Of a stretch of DNA of 64,000 nucleotides, positions 52,251 through 64,000 are shown one piece after another. The first letter of the stretch is position 1; every line of letters starts with the position of its first letter. The position numbers were made by a program, and so were the translations under genes. Source of the DNA: the human T2T-CHM13v2.0 reference genome, Homo sapiens; the NCBI RefSeq assembly GCF_009914755.1, contig NC_060934.1; one strand, given 5' to 3'. The notes under the pieces were generated by a model. It was not told where the DNA came from, made no database searches, and saw nothing but the letters and a program-made list of their open reading frames with translations.

Positions 52251-53029
52251 TCTATCTATGCCATAGACAGGAATTTTTTTTTAATGTAGGTTTACCAGTG
52301 TCGCACCTAACAGTGTGTCTTTAACAATGAGAGCAGAATGTGCAGTGGGAAGTCCTCTAAACTCACCTCATAATCTGTTCATTAATTCTGCTGAAGGAAC
52401 AATGTTCATTAGCTCTGTGAACTTTGGCATCTCAAGGTCTCATGGCCTTTATTTATAAATAAAAAGGTTTAAATAAGTGAAATTTGAGGTTCTTTCACAC
52501 ATTCAAGTTCAAGGAACAGGACTCAGATCGGCACCCTCTGTGGTGCTTCAGCCCCAGGAAGATGGCCATGCCAGTGTGACTCATAATTTTACCCCTCACC
52601 TAGGTTCCTGAGACACTATTTCTGATTGGCTACTAGTTTTCAGGGGTAGTATATCTTTCTGGCACAGATAATTCATGATAATGACTAAAGAAGTATAATA
52701 CCTATGATAAGTGTGTAAATTTAGACACTACCAAGCTTACTCTTTGGATTTCAAAATTTGTAACCCAGAGAAAAATATACTGTACTTTACATCACAGAAT
52801 CACACATTTTCAAGGTCTCCCGTGTCTCAGAATTGCTGATTTGACTGAAAACACATTTCTGTTCTTGCACTATTCAGAGGTGCCAGAAGGGGATTCTGGT
52901 CAAAGTATGTGACTCGCGGGACATCTAGCCTTGTATTTGGTACTTGATCAAGACATTATGATTGTTATACTTCATTCTCGCCTCTATGGAGTCTGCTTGT
53001 GTTAATGTCTGATTTACCCAGGCTATTTG

Positions 53030-53235
53030 AGGCACTATGTTGAAGTGGTTAAGAGTGTAAATTTCAGAGACAAACTATTTCCTCTCTTAGGGCCTCAGTT
53101 TTCTCATCTGAAAAATGGAAATGATACTAGGTTTCTTCATAGGTGAGAAAACAGCTTAGGGCAATATGTGGTCTAGCACACATTGTGAGTAGTAAGTGTA
53201 ATAATAATAGTAATAATAATGATAATAATAAAGAT
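53030..53235 (+). mobile_element. MIR SINE
   Basis: gtggttaagagtg...gggcctcagttttctcatctgaaaaatgg. Confidence 0.75.
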
Positions 53236-53741
53236 GTTGAAAGAGAGGTAAACCCAATAGATATTCAAGGAAAACTGAAGAGAATTTGAGGCAAGGGGAA
53301 GTGAAATTCATGACGAGAATTTGAGCAGGTAGGATGTGATTCTGACTCAGAGAAATTACATGGTGTCTGGAAAGGGGGCATGTGGGATCTCTGAGTGTCT
53401 AGAACAATTTTGTTACCTAAAAAATATCTTAAAGTCCTAAGCCAATGAAATTTCATATATTTGGATTTGAAGAATAATTTTTATTCTTCATATTAACATT
53501 GTTGTCAATAACAGCACCATCACAATCAAAAGTAGATTTACTGTGAAGATAATGAGGCTGTAGCTTCAGCCCCTCTCATTTGCAGGGACCCCTTCTAAAA
53601 CTCTGTGTTTGCTTTGTTTTCATTTTTTTTTCTTTTTCTTGAAGAGGGTTGCCACTGCTCCCAAGCCCAACCCAAAATTGTTTTACTTCAGGGTCCTCAA
53701 AATCTGAACCTGCCTTAATTGCACTGATTGGGAAATAGGGG

Positions 53742-55915
53742 GGTATTGTTAAGGCCACACATTCTGGAGTCAGAATGACCTGAGTTCAAGTCTCAGCTCA
53801 GCTATTTGCTAACTAGGTTACTTTAGGCAGATGATTTAAACTTTCTGAGCCTAGGCATTCTCATCTGTCCAAGGAGAATAATGGCAATGTCTTCTTCTTC
53901 TTCTTCTTCTTCTTTTAATTTAAATAGGTTTTTGGGAAACAGGTGGTGTTTTATTATATGAATAAGCTCTATAGTGGTGATTTCTGAGATTTTGGTGCAC
54001 TCATACCCAAGCAGTATACACTGTACCCAATGTGTAGCCTTTTATCCCTCACCCACCTCCCACCCTTTCTCCCAAGTCCCCAAAGTCCATTGTATCATTC
54101 TTATGACTTTGCATCCTCATAGCTTAGTTCCCACTTATGAGTGAGAACATATGACGTTTGGTTTTCCATTCCCTTAGTTACTTCACTTAGAATAATGGTC
54201 TCCAATTCCATCCAGGTTGCAGTGAATATCATTATTTCATTCCTTTTTATGGCTGAGTAGTATTCCACAGTATATATATACCACAATGTATTTTATCCAC
54301 TTGTTGATTGATGGACATTTGGGCTGGTTCCATATGTTTGCAATTGTGAATTGTGCTGCTATAAACATGCATGTGGAAGTATCTTTTTCATATAATGACT
54401 TATTTTCCTCTGGGTAGATACCAGTAGTGGTATTGCTAGATCAAATGGTAGTTCTATTTTTAGTTCTTTATGGAATCTCTATACTGTTTTCATAGCGGTT
54501 GTACTAGTTTACATTTCTACCAGAGGTGTAAAAGTGTTCTCTTTTCACCACATCCCCACCAACATCTATTATTTTTTGATTTTTTGATTATGGCCATTCT
54601 TGTAGGAGTAAGGTGGTATCACATTGTGGTTTTGATGTGCATTTCCCTGATCATTAGTGATGTTGTGCATTTTTCAGTTGTGCATTTCTTCATATGTTGG
54701 TTGCCCATTTGTATATCTTCTTTCAAGAATTGTCTATTCATGTCCTTAGCCCACTTTTTGATGGGATTGTTTGTTTTATTCTTGCTAATTTGTTTGAATT
54801 CCTTGTAGATTCTGGATATTAGGCCTTGGTTGGATGTACAGATTGTGAAAATTTTCTCCCATTCTGTGGTTGTTTGTTTACTCTGCTGATTGTTTCTTTT
54901 GCTGTGCACAAACTTACCAGTTTAATTGAGTTCCATCTATTTATCTTTGTTTTTGTTGCGATTGCTTTTGCATTCTTGGTCATGAAGTCTTTGCCTAAGC
55001 CTATGTCTAGAAGGGTTTTTCCAATGTTATCTTCTAGAATTTTTATGGCTTCAGGTCTTCTGTTTAAGTCTTTGATCCTTCTTGAGTAGATTTTTGTACA
55101 AGGTGAGAGATGAGGATCCAGTTTTATTCTTCTACATGTGGCTTGCCAATTAGCCCAGCACCATTTGTTGAATAGGGTGTCCTTTCCCTACTTTGTTTTT
55201 GTTTGCTTTGTCGAAGATCAGTTGGCTGTGAGTATTTAGGTTTATTTCTGGGTTCGCTTTTCTGTTCCATTGGTCTATGTGCCAATTTTTATACCAGTAT
55301 CATGATGTTTTGGTGACTATGGCCTTATAGTATAGTTTGAAGTCAGGCAATGTGATGCCTCCAGATTTGTTCTTTTGCTTAGTCTTGCTTTGGCTATGCA
55401 GGGTTTTTCTTTTTTTTTTTTTTTTTTTTTTTTTGGTTCCATATGAATTTTAGGATTTTTTTCTAGTTCTGTGAAGAATGATGGTATTTTAAAGGGAATT
55501 GCATTGAAATTGTAGATTGCTTTTGGCAGTATGGTCATTTTCACAATATTAATTTTATCCATCCATGAGCATGGGATGTGTTTCCATTTGTTTGTGTTGT
55601 CTATGACTTCTTTCAGCAGTGTTTTGTAGTTTTCTTTGTAGAGGTCTTTCATGTCCTTGGTTAGGTATATTCCTAGGTATTTTATTTTATTTTGCAGCTA
55701 TCGTGAAAGGGGTTGAGTGTTTTATTTGATTCGTAGCTTGGTCGCTGTTGGTGTATAGCAGAACTACTGATTTGTGTACATTAATTTTGTATCCTCTAAC
55801 TTTGCTGAATGTATTTATCAGTTGTAGGAGCTTTTTGGAGAAGTCTTCTTTAGAGTGTTGTTCTAAATATAAAATGAGATCATTCAGAAGTGCACAATTA
55901 ATATTGCTTGTTATA
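53742..55915 (+). mobile_element. MIR split by L1PB (halves ~53742-53890 and ~55850-55915)
   Basis: ctggagtcagaatgacctgagttcaag...ctcatctgt; resumes tagagtgttgttctaaatataaaatgagatc. Confidence 0.7.
53912..55845 (-). mobile_element. 5'-truncated L1PB1-like LINE-1 (~1.9 kb; 3' UTR plus decayed ORF2 C-terminus)
   Basis: L1PB 3' UTR motifs; minus-strand ORFs give ORF2 peptides ([50 protein letters not shown]) with frameshifts; TSD-like gtcttctt. Confidence 0.95.
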
Positions 55916-56779
55916 ACTGATTTGTCTTTCCCTTTTGAGTAATAGGAGGGTCTGAGTTTACTCATGGGTGTCCCAAATGGCGAATTAGTCATTCATCCCT
56001 TTAGGAATAGTTCCATGCTTTACTTTTCTCCGAATTCCTTTCCTTCATCTCCCCAGCAGCCAGCATGAGGCAGCTCACATTAGAGAAATTCACCTAGAAA
56101 ATGTCATAAGGATTGTAGAAGTGACTGTAATTTCCTGGGCTTTTTTATCTAGGGCACTTTATTGGCAGAAGATGGGCTGGTAAAATTTGATGCATATGGG
56201 TAAATTCTGAGTGCTTTTTTACCAGGCTGGCTAGTCACGTGATGCTAAGCCAGGAGGTCCTTAGGATGGGCAGGCCAGTCACTTCTAGGCAGGCTCACCC
56301 ACTCTAATAACAATGATTCACTTCTCCACAGGCTCCCCTGAGAAGATGAATGCTGGATTTACAGCAGATTTGTGCAAAAAGCCCTATGGAGAAAGAAACA
56401 TAGGGCAGTGGAAAAATGCTCTCAAGGCTTACGTTCTTTAGAGCTTTGGAAATCAAATGGTAATGTCTGGGTCACTGGGGAGGCTGCTCCTAAAATAACT
56501 CCCCTGATTCCTGGCCAAAACAGAGGGCTTTTCCCCCTTTACAACTAACACAGGATGTTGGATGCCCAGCAGTCTCAGTATACTTTGCCTTGGCTGATTT
56601 TCATTTCTAATCCCATTGCTTTGTAAAGTGTAGAATTATTCTCTTTTGACCAAGCCAACAGTCTAGAAGTTGTGGGTGGGACTTGGTCTTGCAAACAGAA
56701 ATATTCTATTGTGGTTTGCATTGTTTTTATCATGTCACAGTTCAGACTCCTACTTCCAAGGCAATCTCTTTTCTTTTAA

Positions 56780-56781
<2 letters not shown>

Positions 56782-56823
<42 letters not shown>
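56782..56823. repeat. (AC)21 microsatellite
   Basis: Direct. Confidence 0.97.
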
Positions 56824-56825
<2 letters not shown>

Positions 56826-56869
56826 CACACACACCACAAATGCCAAACAACTTCTACTTAAAAAAAAAA

Positions 56870-57249
56870 GTCATCATGCATGGCTGCCAGCATGTACATC
56901 ACTCAGATTCTCCCTTTAAGAGAACCTGCTGTGAGAAAGGTAGCTGGCTGGTGTCAGCTGCTATCAGAGCACAAAAGCTGGGCCATTTTCTTCCTCTAAC
57001 AGTCAATCTTTGCTCTGGGGATCTGCAGTGGCCAGGCTGAGGTCATCTCAAATTTGAATCGTTGTCTTTGGTCTTCATAGCCAGTCCTCCTTCCCTCCTT
57101 CTTTGTCTCCCAGTGCAGGTGTCAGACCTGTGTCACTGTCTGAAAGCTGTCCCTGCCTACTCCTGTTCCCTGTACCCTTTATCTTTCATAGGCATTTTCC
57201 TTCTAATTTGGTCTTTGTGTCTGTTTTGCAGAGGACCCAAATTAATACA
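56870..57249 (+). mobile_element. ERVL LTR (LTR40-like)
   Basis: caggtgtcagacctg...tccctgcctactcctg...gaggacccaaattaataca. Confidence 0.65.
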
Positions 57250-57378
57250 CCATAAATTCTAGTTTTAGTGAATTACAAATCTCCCAGGGTGAAGACTCTA
57301 GCATCTTGTCAGATGTTTGAGCTCACATTGCTGCAAACCCAGGAAGCAATATATAAGAGATGCTATAAAGCAAAAGGA

Positions 57379-57681
57379 GGCTGGGCACAGTGGCTCACAT
57401 CTGCAATCACAGCACTTTGGGAGGCTCAGTCAGGAGGACTGCTTGATCCCAGAGTTTGAGACCAGCCTGGGCAACATAGCGAGACCCCCTCTTCACCAAA
57501 GGGGAAAAAATTAGCTGAGTATGGTGGCGCAAATCTATAGTCCTTGCTACCCAGGAGGCTGAGGCAAGAGGATTGCTTGAGTCCAGGATTTCAAGGCGCA
57601 GTGAGCTACAATCACACCACTGTGCTCCAGCTTGGGCAACAGAGTGAGACCCTGTCTCTAGAAACAGAACAAAACAAACAA
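57379..57681 (+). mobile_element. Full-length AluJ
   Basis: gactgcttgatcccag, gggcaacatagcgagaccc, gtgagctacaatc. Confidence 0.93.
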
Positions 57682-58267
57682 CTACCCCCTGTCAAGGAGT
57701 GGTTGGACTCCTGGATGAAAATACCACCAATACATACTTTAAGTCTAACCAGGAGAACACAAAACCTACAAATTGAGCACATCTGAACAATAAAGTCAGA
57801 CCTTCCCATTTTGAGTTAGGGTGCATTTTTAAAAAGATGGCCAATGGCAGAAAGGCTCAGAAAGGAGGAAGAAGTGAGGAATAGAGAATTTGGATGTGGA
57901 AGTTGAGAAGTCATGTGATTCAGTGTCTTCTTAAAGGTCTCAGAGGCCACAGAAGGGAAGAGAGCCTGCCATGGCTGTGCTGTTCCCAGAGAAATTTTGA
58001 TTTTAAATATCTTGGTAAGAAAATTAAATTCTACAGCCTTATAGGGGAGAAACGTTGGTGTAAGATTTTTTCATAAACAGAAAGGTTCTGTGAATTTTGG
58101 CAGTGCTCAAAGAAGGTATTCGAGACAACACTTGGTTTTATTTTACGCTTTTCAAAGATTTTGAACTGCATATGGATTCTTCTATTAAATAATCACTAAT
58201 TAGATCTCTTTTCAGACCTACCATAGTTCAGGGTTGCGTTATTTCAATATGCAAGCTCACCCTCTGA

Positions 58268-58490
58268 AGGCTTCTCAATGGTGGCGCTATTGGCATTTTG
58301 GGTGGACTATCTTGTGTTAGGCAGGATAGTCCCATACCTCTCAAGACCATTTAGCATCCCTGGCCTGTGTCCATTAAATGTCACTTGTGTTCCCCACTTC
58401 CCAGTCATTGAAAAAACTTGAAAGCTCTCCATATATTTCCCGATGCCCTCCTCACCTTCAAAGATGTGCTACCATGCCAGATTGGTGAAA
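58268..58490 (-). mobile_element. MER20-like hAT-Charlie DNA transposon
   Basis: ttctcaa...ctattggcattttggg...ttagcatccctggcc. Confidence 0.7.
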
Positions 58491-58619
58491 AACAAATGAA
58501 CAGACAATTCCCAATGATTAGACATGGCCAAACCATGCAATAGGACCATGTGGGAGGTGGCTGTGGGGGGGTTGATTCCATGGCCCCTGCATGCTGTATA
58601 TCTCTCTCACTAGAATGAC

Positions 58620-59145
58620 AGTTTCAAAAATGAATCAGGATGGCTTAAGCGAAAGAAGAACTTATTGATTCCTACAGGCAGACAGGCCAGGGCTGAATTC
58701 AGAGCTCAAATGATGCCATCAGGTCTCAGTTTATCTCCATCTCTTGGCTCTCCCATCCTCTGTGTTAACTTTATTCTTGACCTTCCTATGGGGACCCTGG
58801 CAGCTCTAGACTTGCCCCACAGAGTGGCATGGCTACCAGCAGCTTTGGCTCAGATCTTTTGCTTCAAGTCCAGTGGGAAACTCTTGCAATGTTCTGAGTC
58901 CCAGTCTGACAGAATGAATTTATTTCAAGTTTATTTTACCTCTGAACCAGTTGGTGTGGCCAATACAACATGAAGCACTGACTAACTCAGGCTTAGGGGT
59001 TCTGACCACTCCAGCACATGGTGGCTTGCCCCACCCCAGGCCACACGGACTGAGGGTAGTGAAAGGAAGCCTACTCAAATAAAACCTCTGGAAAGAAAGG
59101 CTGTTAAGCCCTGATGTTAGGGGGACAATCAACAAATGTTCACTA
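58620..59145 (-). mobile_element. MLT1K-like LTR
   Basis: tggcttaagcgaaag...ctccatctcttggctc...caggcttagggg...caacaaatgttcacta. Confidence 0.6.
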
Positions 59146-59918
59146 GAGTCAGAAAATTGCTGGAATCTATAATAAAGATCAGTGAAACTCAAAGAGACAT
59201 ATCCTCTTTGGGGAGAAAGCAATATAATGCAAAATGCAGGTGCATCAAATCTTTCAGACTTCTTTGGCCACTTTTAAACATATTTGACAACCATGAGATT
59301 GAATAAAATATTTTCATACACAGGGCCCTGGTTTGGCATTCACAGGGAGTGGATATGAACTGATACTTCTCTGAATCAAGGAGTATTTACAATGAGATTC
59401 CTGAGAATAGGTTGTCTATATGTAAATAGGGCTAGTATACTAAGCTGAGGTCCTATGCATGAAACTATTTTATTAGTCCTCCCTCCCTAATTTCATGTTT
59501 TTTCACTGCTTGCTTGATGCTTTGGCAGAAAAACCAAAGTGACAGCTATATTAGGCAGGTCTGAGCCGTCATTCTTACCCATCATCAAACTAGGGCCTGG
59601 CCTAACTGACTCCTGCTGAAACAGGAGGCTCTGGGTTTACAAGGTCTTGATCCATTATTTGGGTGACTGCCCCACAACAGGCCAAAGACAGAAGTCATGG
59701 ATGTCTGAGGGGCATTTTAAAAAAGGGTTTCAGAATTGGGCAACAGGGGCCTGAGAAGTCTCCTTTATCCATGGCTTACACTGCTTTGAGGGGGCCTTAG
59801 AGGAATACAATGTGTTCCTTCTTTAACTTGTAGTGCTGCTCTTCTTTGGACTTGATTTATGTACACAACAATAGAAGGTTTTATTTGAATATAACTTCTA
59901 TGACTATAGCACAGTTTG

Positions 59919-60096
59919 TTATTTTGTTTTATCATTATTATTATTTTTTGAGACAGAGTCTCGCTCTGTTGCCCAGGCTGGAGTGCAGTGGCAAGATCTT
60001 GTCTCATTATAACCTCCGCCTCCTGGGTTCAAGTGGTTCTCCTCTCTCAGCCTCCCGAGTAGCTGGGACTCCAGGCGTGCGTGACCACGCCCAGCT
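59919..60096 (-). mobile_element. 5'-truncated Alu (right arm only) with TSD
   Basis: ttttttgagacagagtctcgctctg...ccacgcccagct; TSD tatagYRcagtttg at 59905-59918 and 60097-60110. Confidence 0.9.
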
Positions 60097-62284
60097 TATA
60101 GTGCAGTTTGAAATCCACTTGTCTAACCAAACCCTTCATATTTCTGACAAAGCCCTGAGAAGAAGAGTCATTTCTTTAAGCCAGCCGGGAACATGAGTCT
60201 TCTAAACTTTGAGGCCCTCTTTGACAAGAGGAGAGAGGAGTAAACGAAACAATGACACTTATTTCTACCTATAATCTCCGTTGATCGACCTTTGTACTCC
60301 ACGGTGAGTCTTGCAGCTAAGAGACGCAAATTAGACCTATTTGCACTCCTAGTGCGGTCAAGTGCAGTCAAGATCTCCTTCTCCTTGAGCATCAGGTGGT
60401 GTCTCCTGGCTGCTCTCCACATCTTTTATTCTGAGGATTTAGCTGGCTTGCCTCAGTCTTCAGGCCAGGCACTCCAAAGGCAATTTAGGGGACAAGTCTT
60501 GCTTGTTAGATACTGGGTCCCTTCAGCCTCAGTTGCTGTCTTGTGCCTCAGGGGTTCCTAAACTCGAAGTGGTGGCCCAGAGTTTCCTTCAGGTGCTATG
60601 ACACTGATTTGAGAAAGAAACCTAAGTTTCAGCTGCCCACTGTTTCCCTCTGTGAGCAACTTGAGTCTGGTTCCACTCAGGATCCTCTGAGAACTTAGCT
60701 CAATACTTGTCCAATAGTAAACACTCCATAATGTTTGCCTGTTTGAATCTATAATCAAAATCTCCAGTAGGAGAAGGCCCTTGTATTTCTGTTTCATTTT
60801 TTTTGCTAGTTGGTGGGAGAACACACTTTTCAAAATACTAATAGTTCACCACCGGACAAGAGATACATACAACCCCAACTTCCAAGTAAATGGAAAATAC
60901 CTTTTCTGGGTACGTTTATTTGGAAAGGGTTTCTTCACTTGAAGAAAGAATTAACAAACCCCTGTTTGGGAGGATAAAACAAGAAATTCCTTTGGGATGT
61001 CTCAAGTTTCTAGAGAGCCAGGCTCTCGCAGGCTGAGGTGGCTTCCACACTGTTCATGAACTGCTCTTGGCGGGCTGGTGGCCTGTTTGATATTCTGAGG
61101 TCTAGCAAAGATTTAGCTCCAGGGGGTCATCAAGAGGTCATGGTCTTGATCATTTCCTCTGTTATTTATCTTTGGCTTGTGGTACTGGAGCCTGCCTTTG
61201 ATACAGGGCATTTCTACCACAGCTGCACAGAATCAAGCATTTCAGTGATTTGGTTTGAGGTGAAGGAGGCTTGGCTTCTAATGCTGCGAAAATGTCACTG
61301 GGTACATCTGAGAATATCTAGCTCTGTCCTTCACTGATGAGCAAATTCATTTCTGGGGGTTTACCAGTGGCACTTCCCAGACTTGGGTCAGGAAAGGAAT
61401 CCTCCTGGTGAGGACAGCAGTTTTCAGTTTGAGTAATTCCATTTTCAGTTCCTTCTGAGACATTTTTCTTGCTCTGAGCTGGAGATAAAAGCAGCATGTC
61501 TCAGGCCTCTAGGGTGGATCTCTACTTTTCAACACTGTTTATGACTCACCTGTGACTGCCCTCAGTGCAGCCAAGGGGACCATTTATGCTGAATTAGCCT
61601 TTGGATTTTTCTTCTTAGTGACAGCAAAACTTCCGTGACAGCAAACAAGTAAACCACAGGAACATCCCTGGTCTGCTCAGCACAGCAGGCTCTTGGGTTC
61701 TCAGAGAGCCTGGGAGGACTTTTCAGCTTGTCTTATGTGGGTTTGTTCACCCCGTCCGGTTTCATTTTTATTTAAAACAATTGGTATCTTTCATCTTGGT
61801 TGCCAAGTATGGGTTGCATATGGTTTTGACCTGATATGAAGGGCCCAAATCAAATACCCAGGACTTGGCCTGGAAAATTGGTTGTATAAGACCTGCTCTC
61901 TTCTTCCCCTAAAAAGCAGCCTAGCAAATGGAAGCAATGGGTCCCAGGAGTTCGTTTCTGTATGCGGCTCTAACTCTGCCACGAAGGCCAGGACAGATAG
62001 TGTGCAGTGCTCTGTCATGTCTACCAGAGAAAATGATGCAACATGTGCTGGAGACTTTACCATCTGTGCAAGAGTGCAGCCCTAGGCTCAATCCAAAAGA
62101 AAAAGGAAGTGGCATTATAGCAGGGATATTCCCAGTGAGTCAAATTCCCAGAACAGCCTGTCCCTCCTCAAGGTGGTCAGTGTGCCCCAGCATCTCACCT
62201 CCAGATTTGGACTAAAACAGAACTGTTGCATGCAGGGGTTAGAGAGGACTAGAGCAGTGATGTATTTTATATATCATATTTTCT

Positions 62285-62510
62285 AGCAATGGTTTTCCAT
62301 CTGAAACCCAGTTTACATTGTGGCCCAGGGCACAGAAACAGAAGCTTTATGAAACAAGTTACTGTTTCCATGTGTCAGCATTCTAATTTTCCTTTCCTTT
62401 TCCTGTTCTTTTTTCTGTTATTTTAATTTTTTAAAAAAGCTTCTTGACTCACTAAATTACTATAACAAACCACTTATGAGTCAAAGCCCATATTTTGAAA
62501 AACAACATTG
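62285..62510 (-). mobile_element. MER112-like hAT-Charlie DNA transposon
   Basis: tttacattgtggcccag...aaacagaagctttatgaaacaa...cactaaatt...tttgaaaaac. Confidence 0.65.
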
Positions 62511-62939
62511 CATTAGTGTATACAGGCAGCACCTTGGGAACATTTATAGAATATGGATTCTTGGGTCCCTCTCCAGGGATTCTAATTCAGTCATTCCTGG
62601 GCCCAAGAATCTACGTTTTATGTTAACCTGACCTAAATGTGACCATTATGAGGGCAGGAAACGGTTTTGATCCCTAACATATCCCAAGTGCTTTACATGA
62701 AGAACTTGGTACAGCACAGGCTCTTGGTCATTGGTGGTTGAATAAATAAATGAATGAAAAAGTATTGATCTTCAAATGATTCCATCCTTCAACCCCAGCC
62801 GTGCCTCCCTTTGCATCTATACTGTTGTCTTCGTTTTTTTAAGATAGATACTCAAATAGTCTCTAGACCTTTGAATTGCAAAATTGCTTTGAATCTCCAA
62901 GTTGGAAGCTGCCTTGAAAGTCTCTAATCTAGGGATTCT

Positions 62940-63118
62940 CAGGTGTAGAAACTTTGTCTCGCTGCTTTAGAATTCCTTGGGGAAGTTTAAGGCAAATACA
63001 TATCCCTAGACCCCAGCCCTGGAGTTTCAATCCAGGTAGATAGGGTTCATGGCCCAGGAATCTGCATTCTATCCTCCCTCGGGTGATGCTGTGGCCCAGC
63101 CAGGGTTGGGATGCACTG
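62940..63118. mobile_element. MER5-family hAT-Charlie DNA transposon (second fragment at ~62530-62620)
   Basis: tggcccaggaatctgcattct...ggtgatgctg...ccagggttgggatgcactg. Confidence 0.7.
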
Positions 63119-63349
63119 TTCTTGTGACCTCTCCCCACTGTGGATCACTGTGGATGGTGGTCACCCAGCCTCTGCTGGAAACATTTTGGGCTGGCAGAAA
63201 GAAACTCCCAGAGGTCTGCTCCACATTGAAAAGCTCTGCTTATTGGAAATTTCTTACTGATATTAGCTTCAATCACTTTCCTACTGCTGCTAGTCTTGGT
63301 TCTGCCCTCTGGAGCACCTCAACACAAGGCCAATTGGCTGCCTGACTGC

Positions 63350-64000
63350 TCATTGTGAAAATACAGAAAAAATATAAAGAAAGAAATGAAAATTTTTTAA
63401 AATCCCACCACCTTGAAGACATTGAATATTTCTTTTGGTCTTAATATATGTACACACATAAATGCATGTTATACTCACTTGATGTTTTTTAGAAATGACA
63501 AGCATCCTGTATTCTTGACTTAGCATTACATATTGTGGGTTTTCTCTTAACATTATATCACAAAAAATATCCCAGATAGAAAAATTTGCTTTAAACCCAC
63601 ATTTTAAAATGACTGCATTAAATTCCACTGTTTTGATCTATTAGAATTTATTCAGCCATTTCCTGTTAGTGTTGATTTAGGTTATTTCCAGTTTTCCACT
63701 ATCATAACTAATGCTTAAATAAACATATTGCAAATAAACCATCGTCTGCATCCTGGATTATTTCTTTAAGCCAGACTCCTAGATGAAATTTATTGAGTTA
63801 GAAAACATGCTTTAAAAAACACTTGATACATATTGCCACTTACTATGCGAACAGGATGTGAAAGTTTTCACTTGTACCAGTCATTTTAATCCCTGATTAG
63901 AATTTAGTCATTCAAAAAAAAATGCCAAATTGATAGGTTAAAAATTACGTTTCATTATAGTTTTTAATTTGTATACTTTTTGTTTACTCATAAGGCAGAA
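63350..64000 (-). mobile_element. L1ME-like 3' region (runs off the window)
   Basis: gaaaatacagaaaaaatataaag...atttaggttatttccagttttccactatcata...gattatttctttaag. Confidence 0.75.

Noticed and set aside
54101-55992. L1 ORF2-like peptides
   Set aside because: Fragmented by frameshifts and stops and 5'-truncated; a dead L1PB, not a functional CDS
58579-58592. catggcccctgc matching U6 snRNA
   Set aside because: Only 12 nt; flanks do not match U6

Overview
Primate (most likely human) euchromatic non-coding DNA, roughly 41% GC by eye. No protein-coding exon, RNA gene or gene identity can be recognised; the supplied ORFs are short chance ORFs or read through Alu/L1/L2/LTR remnants. About half the window is interspersed repeat: ~11 Alu/FLAM elements (several with clear target-site duplications), many MIR and L2 fragments, ~16 MaLR/ERVL solo LTRs, four L1 fragments (all on the minus strand) and hAT-type DNA transposons (MER58A, MER117, MER53, MER102, MER20, MER112, MER5), often nested. 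Repeat-free islands with dense TF motifs (24.0-24.6, 33.6-37.1, 46.2-46.9, 60.2-60.4 and 61.5-62.2 kb) look like enhancers or promoters. The most notable observations are a MER53 hairpin whose two arms share four apparent A:T->G:C compensatory changes, a clustered inverted-plus-tandem micro-rearrangement scar at 27.04-27.17 kb, an orphan CpG-rich island at 46.35-46.66 kb, and several candidate + strand cryptic or non-coding exons. Repeat names come from recalled consensus sequences, not a database search. Old-repeat boundaries are approximate (+/-30 bp) and subfamily calls are tentative. I see no evidence for a new multi-gene system.
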